A stretch of 64,000 bases of DNA, counting the filler, from Hyphochytrium catenoides (lineage: Eukaryota; Protista; Hyphochytriomycota): assembly GCA_900088475.1 (NCBI GenBank). It is 14 parts of 14 records of this genome, joined end to end, with 100 filler letters (N's around TTAATTAATTAA, not from the genome) between each part and the next. Parts side by side here need not be neighbours in the genome. Positions count along the whole stretch, not along the records: positions 1 to 9,194 come from FLMG01000916.1; positions 9,295 to 21,125 come from FLMG01002347.1; 12 more parts are not named here. One strand, 5' to 3'. This document shows positions 1 to 10,318 of the stretch, one piece after another. The number at the start of each line of letters is the position of its first letter. Positions within the stretch are counted from its first letter, which is position 1. A model generated the notes under the pieces. The model was not told the DNA's origin, made no database searches, and saw only the letters and a list, made by a program, of their open reading frames with translations. Both the position numbers and the translations under genes were made by a program.

Positions 1-111
1 CTTTGGGCCAAGAGCCACGAATTCTGCTATCTGAGCTTCCAGTTTGAACTTGCCTCCTGGAGTGATGTCATTCCTGTCCTTGGTAAAGAACTGGTCTCTT
101 AGAGGGTCACT

Positions 112-257
112 GAACTCGAGTTGGGTTTCTCGGCTGATGTTGCATCACTGGTGAGGAGCTCCGACTTGGTTGGGGACGATGCGGTACTCGCCAGAGTAGT
201 CATTAAGACACCGCGCTGGAGTTGTCGTTCGTCCCGTCCCTGTTAAACAGCTATTAT
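112..257. repeat. 146-bp direct repeat, copy 1 (copy 2 at 1979-2124)
   Basis: gaactcgagttgggtttctcgg...tgttaaacagctattat occurs at 112-257 and 1979-2124; one mismatch seen (ccgacttgg vs ccgaattgg). Confidence 0.95.
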
Positions 258-647
258 TGTTCTGTCGGACTAAGCTATAGTGTGAAGTACCTTACCCCGA
301 CAGGCGACCTGTTGGTGGAAGTTAGTGCCACAGCCGGTACCAGTGTCGGACGAGGTGATGCATTGAAATGGCTTACCCCAATGAGTTTTGCCTGTTGACT
401 CTAGAAGGCGTGGTAGTACGTTCTCCCAATGTCGGGCTAAGTTTTTCCCATGAGAGAATCGCGATTTTTTACATAAAAAGATTTCAAAAATGAAAAAACA
501 ACATTCTCAACGTTGAGATCGTTTACCTCAATATTGGGCGAACTTACTCCCTTGGCCGTTGGCTTTACTTCCGGCAACTAGTGGTGGAATACAGTAGCCC
601 AATGTTGGTGTAAATTTATACCATGGATATCAAGGTAGGCTAGTTCC

Positions 648-1567
648 TCAGACAAGGGCCAAACTTACATTAATATTACTACCCTTTATTCTGACAAATG
701 TGCCTTCCTTCAGTGCTGGCTGTATAGGATTCGTTTTCTTGTTGATATTAACAAGTATACGATAGACAGACCCAATGACTGCTAGCCCACGGTAGCCATC
801 CCAAGGCGCGAAATGAACGACAGCTGGGATCTGGCGGATTGTACTATGGAGTGCCTCGGTGTTGTAAATGTCGAGTAAGCCATCCATGGCGTCAAAATTC
901 CAGCCCGAAGCTTGTAACTTTCTCTTGAAAGTCAGGTGAAAGCGCTCAATACTGCCTAAGCTCTGATAGCCGTAGGTTGTCTGCTGATGCACGTTGTACT
1001 TACCAAGGACTCTACTAACAAAGTCGTTGACAAATTCGCCGCCGTTATCGCTCAACAGCTGCAAGGGCTGAAATCTGTAGCTACCAGAAGGCGTTTTGTA
1101 GACATTAGGATAGTCTTCCCAGAAGCGATGGTTGTGGTAGAAGTCTCTGCCATAGCGCTGAACAAAGTACTCTATGGTAGAGAGCGGTACCTTGTCGCTT
1201 TGACTGAATAAATACCTTAAGATGGCTGCTACTGTGATAGCTTCTTTGTTGTCGACTAGAAAGGAGTATGCGTATTTTGAGAAGACCTCAATCAAGTTAA
1301 AGAGGTAGAAGTCATACCTACGAGAAGGGTATTGAGGAGATGGAATATAGACGCCTATGAGGCGCTTCGTGCGAACTGCTAGCTTCTGGAGTTGCTGCCT
1401 CTTGCCGCGGACACCTCTGTCGGCAGCATTGTAAGGTCCATTTGCCACTTCCGAAATGGGCCGACAGTGACGGTAGTAATCGATTTCTTCTTGGCGCCAG
1501 TAGGTTTCTGTTTAGGTCTCTTCAGGGGCCGGGGATCAGTTGGCCTCAGCGGTGGTGGATGCTGCAT
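648..1567 (-). pseudogene. rve (DDE) integrase of Polinton/Maverick/virophage type, frameshifted
   Basis: ORF 1379-1567 gives GPFRKWQMDL (first D). ORF 648-1448 gives YLFNLIEVFSKYAYS...LSDNGGEF...SIERFHLTFK...YN...HSTIRQIP...LKEGTFVRI, with 33 residues between the second D and the E. The two parts are in different frames. Confidence 0.85.
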
Positions 1568-1978
1568 TCTTCTGATAACGTATATGGAAGTCTGACATCT
1601 TCTTTTGGCGGTTTATTATCTTTGCAGAGTTGTGTATTGTCTGTGTGCGTCAGTACAGCTTTGGTACCGTTTTACTACCTGTACTGTTCTAAAGTTAACG
1701 AAAATAGTAATGGACGACGCTACGGGCAAACGATAGTCGTCTTCGGGTAAAATCGATAGCTATTCGGAGTAAAGAGCAATAGGTAACATCAGGTAAATAA
1801 GTAGGAGCGTTATGCGTATCTAGGTACATTTGTCGAGCTTCTATTACTTTTACTCGGAATTGAAACTGTTTTGCGGTCCCTCAGAATCGTCACTACAAAG
1901 AACAGGTAACAACCTGTATACCAAAAAAAAGATTGGTCTTCTTCGTGAAAGCTATCCTCTTTATTCTCTAGAGCGGAA

Positions 1979-2124
1979 GAACTCGAGTTGGGTTTCTCGG
2001 CTGATGTTGCATCACTGGTGAGGAGCTCCGAATTGGTTGGGGACGATGCGGTACTCGCCAGAGTAGTCATTAAGACACCGCGCTGGAGTTGTCGTTCGTC
2101 CCGTCCCTGTTAAACAGCTATTAT
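1979..2124. repeat. 146-bp direct repeat, copy 2
   Basis: Near-identical to 112-257. Confidence 0.95.
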
Positions 2125-2239
2125 GAAACCAATATCGACAATGGTGCGGCCTTTTAAAGACTAACATACCCTTTCCTTATAAGAATAAGGTACAGTAGTA
2201 GTCAAATTCACCACTATTCATATTTGATCAGCACTCATA

Positions 2240-3112
2240 ATGTGGTTCATTTGTAGACGGTGCGGTCACAAAACTCAGATAAGATGCAACTTCGAAAAGC
2301 ATCTCAAAAGGAAGACCCCCTGCTCTGTCAGCAATGAGGAAATTCCCCCACAAGAGCTGCTCGCTGCACTCCCTCCCAAGAGTCAACCGCCACCACTGAA
2401 GGAGAAGGCCTTTGTCTGTAGGTACTGTCAGAGACAGACCAACGACTCCGGCAATCGTTCCAAGCACGAGAAGATATGTCCTCGCAGACATGAAGAGATC
2501 AAGATGACCAGGCAAGAGCTGGATAAGCTCATCCAGGCTAACAGAAAGGTATCCAGTAAGATAGTGCGTCGTAAGAGGTTAAGTTTAAAAGTGTTTGAGA
2601 CATACATTGCCCAAAGTGGGATCAAGCTCACGCCTTATGAGGACTTGATGTTTGGCAGCAAGCTTCATAAGGAGTTCGCCTACAACGTATCCCCAGACGA
2701 GCTGTTTGTCCATGGCTGGGAAGGTGTGCGGAAGGCTATGTGCAGGTACTACTCACTAAAGTTTGGCCAACCAGATGACATCCAAAGCAGATGTCTCATA
2801 ATGACCAAAGCACGAATCAACAAGAAGCAAATTCATGTCTATACAGCAAAGGGCTGGGAGCTGCGGGATATGAAGTCCGTCTTATGGGAAATCATCAAAG
2901 AAGCCTTGCCGGTGATCCTTGATACGGCGTCTATTCGGCCGCACATGATGACTCGATCCCAGCAAATATCGATGCAAGAGTTAGCGGATCAGTGTCAGGA
3001 TGACTTGGACAAATTCCAGAAACGCCGCGTCGGTAGGGAGATCTTCAACACTCTAGCACTGACCATCGTAGATCATTCCGAGGAACTGTTGAAGAGCTTA
3101 CTGGCGAGATAA
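2240..3112 (+). CDS. Intronless C2H2 zinc-finger protein resembling giant-virus (NCLDV, MIGE-like) zinc-finger family
   Basis: N-terminal CRRCGHKTQIRCNFEKHLKRKTPC and CRYCQRQTNDSGNRSKHEKIC fingers, then a coiled segment and C-terminal 'CLIMTKARINKKQIHVYTAKGWELRD'. The architecture is recalled from Mimiviridae/Mesomimiviridae proteins. Confidence 0.65.
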   Translation: MWFICRRCGHKTQIRCNFEKHLKRKTPCSVSNEEIPPQELLAALPPKSQPPPLKEKAFVCRYCQRQTNDSGNRSKHEKICPRRHEEIKMTRQELDKLIQANRKVSSKIVRRKRLSLKVFETYIAQSGIKLTPYEDLMFGSKLHKEFAYNVSPDELFVHGWEGVRKAMCRYYSLKFGQPDDIQSRCLIMTKARINKKQIHVYTAKGWELRDMKSVLWEIIKEALPVILDTASIRPHMMTRSQQISMQELADQCQDDLDKFQKRRVGREIFNTLALTIVDHSEELLKSLLAR

Positions 3113-4263
3113 TCCATAGCCACAAGGCAAAACTTAAAGGACACTTAAGGCACCGCGACTTGTAGAACAAAGCAGGTTACTTCTTCATCTCGATGAACAT
3201 ACCGAACATTTGATGACAACTTGAGGTTGTAGACTCAGGGATGGTGCTTTTATAACTTTATTATGTAACTCCTGTCAATAGATGCAAGACAAGGTTGTAG
3301 CGCAGGCAACCGAAAGTCAAGGAGCGCTTCGCTTCTTTTTTTTAGCAAGAAGATGCTTGTAGTCTATTCCTCTTATAGAAGCCCATGGCCGGTGATTGGT
3401 GACCTTACAAGTGGTTATCGAGCACCGTCACGCAATCTTATATGGGTCAACCCAGAGCCGGAGGACATACCCTGCCCGTTACGAGCATTTGGCATCTCCC
3501 CTTTTGTCTACCGATCTTTCTTTTTTCTTCATCTTCTAGAGATAATGTTGTTAGTAAGAGGTAACGTATACACATCATAATAGTCTCGGAATGGTGCATT
3601 GCCAGTCTCTTGCTTGTTATAGAGCACTGGTTCTATCGAGTATCGTCCGTTGGTCTCTTGATTCCCGACGCACCGCATTCCCGTCGCGAGTTAGGGTTAT
3701 TCGGGCTAGGCATGCTTTTTAAAGCGTCGTCCCTGTCCAATGTTGCAGGACAAGAGTTGTAGGACAAAGACAGATTGACAAGAACTCAAGATACAATGTT
3801 CTCCTGGGTCGGTCTCGATTTGGCTGTGCAATACAACGCCTCCGGGGAAGAGACTTCATACGGACAAATCGTGCCCCAGTAACATTCAGAAAGGCAAGCT
3901 CGATGCCTCACATTGGCCATTATTAACAGGGAGCACTACTCAGGAGACAAATGTGATCATCTGTCTCTTATATTAAACGTGGTGCGGAGTAAGCTTAATG
4001 CTGAATCGTGCCCAGCTTGGCCCCAGGTACTAACCCCCATTCATGTCAGTATTTCCTATAGACTGCAAAAAAAAAGGTGGCTGTGAGGAGAAGTGTATGG
4101 ACGTGATCTCAGCAGTAGAAAGGCTTGCTTACATACTGTCGCCGCACTTAAAACAGTAAAACAGTTCTAGTCATATCCTAATTTGTGTTTGTGTTACAGT
4201 TGTAAAATACGGAACGTTGCTACAACTTCTGGGCAAATCGAGACTGACTTCTAATTACAAAAA

Positions 4264-4392
4264 GCAGGCTCCAGCAAGCTCCATCAAGCTCCAGCAGGCT
4301 CCAGCAGGCTCCAGCAGGCTCCAGCAGGCTCCAGCAGACTCCAGCAAGCTCCAGCAACCCAGCAAGGTCCAAGCTCCAGCAAGCTCCAGCAA
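4264..4392. repeat. 10-bp minisatellite (CCAGCAGGCT)n, about 12 copies
   Basis: ccagcaggct/ccagcaagct tandem units read directly. Confidence 0.95.
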
Positions 4393-4544
4393 TGTTCAGC
4401 GGGCTTGAGGAAGGTCAGCTTGTGTGTTGTTGAAGTTCTACGACATTCACGTCTCCTGTCAAAAAAACTTAGTAGAAGTGGTCGGTTTCTTGATGATCGT
4501 GAATGGCGAATTCAACCACAGGGAGCTCTGTTCAGAAGTAGGTC

Positions 4545-5481
4545 TTATCCAAGTAGTAAAAAAGAATGAGCTAGTTTATCTAAGAGTACAAGGCTGAGAA
4601 AGCCGCGAGCTCTGACAAGCATCATGAGTACATCAACTGGCCGACAGATCACTCGTACCAGCGCGGCTCCGAGAACAAGCACAGCTCCAAGTAGCACTGA
4701 TTCCCCACTCTCGCCATAGATTGGAAGCTGCGATTCGCGCCAGAGCTGCTCGATCTGTGCAAGGTATTCCGGAATCCTGTTTTGGGAGCTCAAAGTATAC
4801 ATACAGTGCTCTATAAGAGCGATCCTTCGGCTCCAGAGCAGTGGTGGTGGGTCCAGTACATGGAGCTTTGAAGCAGCGCCTTCTCACGCTGACAACCGGG
4901 TCACCCTCAATTAAACCGCGAGATGAAAAAAACTTTGCAGCCTGGTGGTACCAGTTTTGCTTGTACCTAACAGTGGGTAACGTAGATCAATCGTCATATC
5001 GCGACTCTAGAAACAAGCACAGTCCCACTACCACCGCGTCTTCACAATTGTGGGGATGCGAATCGCGCCAGAGCTGGTCAATCTCTGAAACGTAGTGCGT
5101 AATACAATCTTCAGACGTCAGAATATACCAGCAGTGCTGAAGAATGGGCTCTCTTTGACTCCATGGTGTCTCGTCAGGCAAGATATTTGTCTGCACACAG
5201 AGGACCGGCGGCTTGGCGGTATGATTAACATTTCCCAAGTAGCTCATTACCAATTCTAGCAGCGGAGTCAAATCTTCAACACTCTGAGCGACAAACCCAT
5301 TTTCAAGCTCCAAATCTAGTATAACGCAGTGCTTCTTATTGATCCCAGCAGTAATAGATAACAACAGGCTATGCTGGTCCTTGCTTAAAGAGAGCACTGG
5401 CGATCCATCCTCTTCGTAGCTCATGAGCAGGTGGCTAGGTATAGTGAACCTCGGATAGGTTGACGTAGAGAGAGATGCCAT
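4545..5481 (-). pseudogene. Unknown gene or gene pair with an internally duplicated ~45-aa domain, disrupted
   Basis: WSQREPILQHCWYILTSEDCITHYVSEIDQLWRDS (4987-5481 ORF) aligns with WSRRIALIEHCMYTLSSQNRIPEYLAQIEQLWRES (4545-4802 frame extended upstream); a stop and a frameshift lie between them. Confidence 0.5.
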
Positions 5482-5896
5482 CGTTGTTATGAGCTAGGAT
5501 TCGACGGGTATTGAGGAATGCAAGGCTTTGCTTGAGGGATCAGGAGGGTTCGGGGTGGTGGTATATAAAGTAAGGAGGAAGCTTGTTCATTAGGCGCCCA
5601 AGCAGCAATGCAAGCTCTTTAGTAGGTCCGTCAGCTCTTAGTTCACACACCAATCAAAAGCAGGGGGAAGACGTATACACGAGCAGCCCAGGTCGGTGAA
5701 GCAGCAGTAGCAAGGCTAAAGCTATTCTGCGCGCTTTGTCAGAAGCGCTTCTGTGAAGTCTGCAGGCCGGTGCACAACTGCTCAGCGGAAGATCTTCCGC
5801 TTGCTCAAGAGAAAACACTCGTCGCTGAAGCGTTGAAGAGCTATCTTGGGTTAACTCTGCACTGCCTGGAGTCGCTGGAAGCTGGTCTCCGGGATA

Positions 5897-6918
5897 ATGT
5901 GGATTGGCAGGGACCATAGCAACTGCAAGTTTTTGGTGCGTATCTTTGGGTCAATCAACAGCGATGGAAGAACCACCTGCATGGATTGTAAGCCTCCGGA
6001 AGCGAAGCTACTTAGGTTAATCAGCAAAGGCCGTGCTGCGAAAATTAAAAGCTTCGTTTTGCGCAACGCCGGCGCCAGTGCGAACCCCTGTTCTCCAGAG
6101 CTGGGTGCTTCTCGGCCAGAGGTGGTTTCGGGTGTGTTGCGTCAAAGCGGGGCCATTCTTCTCTCGAAAGACGCAGTCTTCAACGAGATTCATGTCCTCA
6201 CCCCAGCTTACCAGGAAGACTTAATCAAGAAGTTTGAGCTGGACACTGATGGTGATTGTGCAAAGCTTCCATGACGATATGGAGCTCTGTCTTCGCCAGC
6301 AAGAGGCCTGGTTACATGCAATGGAATCCGCGGATAAGGGCTGAATCGCGAAGCTTGCTTCATGAACTAATCCAGAAATGGAGAACTGAAGAATGGGTCT
6401 CAGACGCCACGCTGGGCATTTTCGACAAATTTACCACGACACTCTTTTTCTTGGGGAAAGCTGGACAAGGCACGGCACCTCATGTTGATTGGAGTGAAGC
6501 AAGAAACACTGCCTTTCTTGTTGAGGGTACACGGTCTAAAGTGGACCCTACAAAGCCCCTGGCCCTGTGGGCTTTTGTGCATCCTAGTCGGGCGGCGGAC
6601 GCCTTCCGCTGGTGGCAAGACCATGGTGGTGATGAGACCCCAACAGTTGAAAAGCTTAGAGACTTAGTCAACGCGGTCGACTACAAAGGAGATACGCCCT
6701 TGGCAACAAGCGCCTTCCTTATTACGCAGGTTTGTGGAAGCACGATACATATTCCGCCAGGATGGGTCCACGCAGTCGTAAACCTTCCGCCATGCTTGAA
6801 AATAGCGTGGGACCTTGCAGAGCCTGCTCATTTTATGGAGTACATTGAAGTCTGGCGGCAGATTAAGAGCAAACATCTGGACAATCTGATGACTACATTG
6901 GGATTAGCGCTATTCTAG
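5897..6918 (+). CDS. JmjC-domain (2OG/Fe dioxygenase) protein, intronless, probably frameshift-split (5897-6274 + 6256-6918)
   Basis: GTAPHVDWS (HxD) and TIHIPPGWVHAVVNLPPCLKIAWD (distal His) are JmjC iron-binding motifs. Confidence 0.8.
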
Positions 6919-7045
6919 AACAGTATGTGGTCGAGATGGCTGGGTAAGAGGAATTAAGCTAGCACGAGAGGCAGATTGGGACTGATGGCGGAGCGTTTAG
7001 CCAACGATGAAGCGATAGCTATTGTTTTCACAGCTAGGTGCTACC

Positions 7046-8448
7046 TCAAGCCGCGCTCAGGAAAGGATGAGTATCTTCTGCCTTGATTTGGTGTCCTCTC
7101 TTGGTCATTAGGTCTTTGTTTTCACTACGGGGAGTTCCAAGGCCGCAGCAGTGACAGCACCAGCTCATTTTGTCCCACAACCAGCCCAAGAAGCTTGATA
7201 TAAGCTGGCTACCATTGCTCTTCTCATGCCGCTTCGCAAGCCGTGAGCGATGTAGAGTTCCATGTTCATCGAAGGACGAGAGGATAGTAAGATGAGTACC
7301 AATGACTCCTGCTGCCATGGAAGTGGTACAGTTCAAGACTGCCACCATGATCTGATACAAAGCTGCACGTTCCGGCGCATTGCCGCCCAAGATCTGGCCC
7401 GTCATCATCCCAGGGATGGAAACTAAGCCAATGACGCAGAGGCTGTTTAAATTTGGCATGATTGCAGTCTGCATGGCTTTGATAAACACTGGGCGACAAG
7501 CTTCCCATCTTGATGCCCCATGTGCGATATAGAGCTCCAGCTTTGCATACCCTTCGGCAATCTCAGTCACAGCCACATTCATGGAGAGGGTGACACTGTT
7601 CAACGTGTTTCCTAGGATCATCCCAGACAATGGAATGAGATATTGAGCCTCCCACCACGGCTTCACCTGGACGATGAGGAACATAGCATATAGCATAACA
7701 GAAGAGGCCGACATCGAGATGGCAGTGAAGATGTTGAGGAACATCCCAGGATACTCATATTTGGGCCGATGGTATGCCGTTTGGGCCGCCACTGTCATCA
7801 TAAAGAACGCGTATCCAAGTACCTGGTTCGATGAAGAGCGTTAGGAGGTCAGCAATTTATGGCTCCTGTGTCTTATAGCGAGCGCCATAGGGTTAGGGCT
7901 AGATTTATCCGTCTTCTCTACTCTTGTCTTTATCTCTCAATCCATTTTCAAGCAAGAAAGGTTATGATGACTGTTGCTGATGATCTGTCTTGACGTTGTC
8001 GTCACGTACCAAGAGAAAGGAGTCATTGTCGAAGATTGGCTTGAGGATGTAACCTAGGAAAAGGAGCTGGAGCGTACTACGGGTGAAGCCTTCGAGGAGC
8101 TTCACTTCGAGATTCAGGTGGAAGACAACGGAGAGACCAAAGTTCAGGAGTCCAATGCCATACACAGCCAACATCTGCCTTGATATACAAAGTGACGAAG
8201 CAGAGTTTCAGTGAGACGTCGCTGTAAGAGGAGGCACTTATTGCGAAGGAAGAGTATGAACGCAGCTCAGCCTCAAGAAGAAGAAGACCGTCGCCACCGA
8301 CCTGCCATATACCTAGAGGCACAGCGCCATGAAACCCTCCTTCAGAGCTTGAAACGTCTTCTTGCTGCTGCAAGATGGCAGCAGCAGTGGTACCATTATC
8401 AATCATAATAGTGCTGGTCTCCTTGACGACGGTGGTCAACTCTTCCAT
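7046..8448 (-). CDS. UPF0014 / FetB / STAR2-like ABC transporter permease; exons 8448-8302, 8174-8010, 7822-7046
   Basis: RSTLQLLFLGYILKPIF, QYLIPLSGMILGNTLN and GLVSIPGMMTGQILGG..P..AALYQI motifs; GT-AG introns join the exons in phase 0. Confidence 0.9.
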
Positions 8449-9194
8449 ATTCGCTCAACTCTATCTGATGTCTGTGCTGGCCTGTCCCGTTGCTGATGAT
8501 GAAGGGATGGACACTCCAAAAGTGGAGAAAGGAGTTAACCGGCACAGCACTCTGCTTCTTCAACCGCAGATCAGAGGAGGATGCCTGTGGCCCCGCCCCG
8601 CGGTCAGTGTATCCAAGGACGGTCGAAAGATCCGAACAAAGGAGTGAGTGAGGAGTGAGGAGGATGGTGGCCATAATGTGGGAAGGTTGAAATTCCTTTC
8701 CCTCTTCTACACATTGTTGGGGATTGTAAAGTAGAGTAAGGAGGTGGCAAGTAAGGTGACCACCATCTGCTATGGCTGCACTATGGATGGCTCTATTGCT
8801 CTCTCTCTACACGTTTCTCATATGGTTATAGTGAAGATTGTGTAGCGCTATAAGAACAGTGCAGTTTTTATGAAAGCACTGTTCTGCTATTGCTAGAGAA
8901 GCACTCTGCTTTGCTATGGAACATGATAAATAAATACAAGTAGCAGGCCCACTGTCGCTGTCCCGTAGGGCCCTTGGCCTTAATTAAAATGGTCGTTAGT
9001 AAAGGTGACTAGGAACTACTCTACTGTAAAGGGTGTTGTAGTTTTGAGGTATGTGAAAGAGTTGGGAATGGATCAAATTATCTGGAATCATGGCGTTTTA
9101 TTATAAATGAAGTCTTTTCTTCTTGTCGGCTATTGTCAACGAGACTAGGGTTGTATATCGGTTGGATTTACCGATAGCGGAAAGATCGGTAAAA

Positions 9195-9294
9195 NNNNNN
9201 NNNNNNNNNNNNNNNNNNNNNNNNNNNNNNNNNNNNNNTTAATTAATTAANNNNNNNNNNNNNNNNNNNNNNNNNNNNNNNNNNNNNNNNNNNN
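9195..9294. other. Artificial contig linker N44-TTAATTAATTAA-N44 (also 21126-21225, 43456-43555, 46222-46321, 47827-47926, 50543-50642, 53272-53371, 54907-55006, 56253-56352, 58199-58298, 59470-59569, 60693-60792, 62866-62965)
   Basis: Identical 100-bp spacer with stops in all six frames, occurring 13 times. Confidence 0.98.
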
Positions 9295-9675
9295 TTTGGC
9301 ACGCAAAGAACTGCCCGACACGCGGGAGAGGCGACATTTCTCTCCGCTCATATATATAGCGCATGGCGGTGCACCATGCACGGCGTCTGGCCTCTGCTCA
9401 TAGAAGAACGCATAGATCAACCTAACTTGATCTGCCACCTCCTCCCTCCTGAGGACCCTTTCCGTCATAACAGCAGCCGCACTTCTGGTAGATAATCCTT
9501 GGGCGTAAGATACACTTTCCCTGGCAAGTCGATGATTTTTGCTATCTGAATAGGGAGTGTTGCCAGCGGAAAAATCTCGAGGACCAACTTCAATTGAGGC
9601 TCCATAGTTTACCTCCCGTTGAGCTTGATACCTCACATGTGCCCTTATCGGAAGAGGCCTCTGAGTGTCAAACAT
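9295..9675 (-). CDS. Probable C-terminal tail segment of the YR-RecQ gene, truncated by the contig end
   Basis: Same strand, just downstream of the large ORF. AAAVMTERVLRREEVADQVRLIYAFFYEQR...PPCAIY aligns with GAAAREEVIRRNVTCRKLHLIQQFLFEERR...PPCAFC of ORF 42763. Confidence 0.55.
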
Positions 9676-9950
9676 GATACGTGTGCTTTGGTATAGACTT
9701 ACCGGGGGATTGGAAGGGGGTTGTCCTCTCTTATGAAGATCTGTTACCTCATCCTGTCAGAGATAGAAACCTTTAAGTATAGGGAGCTATTGGCTCTGCA
9801 GGTGCTAGTGCTAATTTGATACGAGTTATATAGCCCACCTGGTCTAGTTGTACAGCATGTCGTCGCTGTTTTGAACGGCATTCAGCCATCATTGCCTGTG
9901 CCTCTATTCGATGTTCGAAGAGTTCCTAATAGATTTCGTGAGGTAGTTGT

Positions 9951-9966
9951 CTAACCCTAACCCTAA
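9951..9966. repeat. Short interstitial telomere-type repeat (CCCTAA)~2.7
   Basis: ctaaccctaaccctaa. Confidence 0.6.
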
Positions 9967-10318
9967 TACCACCATTGTTTTTCAGACGCTGCTTAGTTGA
10001 GTCTTAAGGACTGACCTGAAAAGTAAGATTGTGCTCATTTGATCCTCGTAAGGTCCCTTCTTCCATTATATCTGCACGAGACCGCATAACCCCATCGGAA
10101 GGAGGACACTAAGGAGGTTGTGTATTGAAGAGAGTTTTTAGCACTTCCGTCACCAGGGTCATAGGGCAATATGAACGAACTTACGTTGTCACCCCCTGAT
10201 GTCCGCTCTTGCGAGCGTGCATTCATCCCATGTAGATTTTCGCCAGTATGTTGTGCTTCATGCGAGTAGATTCTACCTCGTCCATCCCTAACATTGGCCA
10301 CTAGTGAATTCAAGAGCT

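Noticed and set aside
9195-9294. Recurring TTAATTAATTAA palindrome within N runs
   Set aside because: Artificial six-frame-stop contig linker; ORFs running into it and gene adjacency across it are artefacts.
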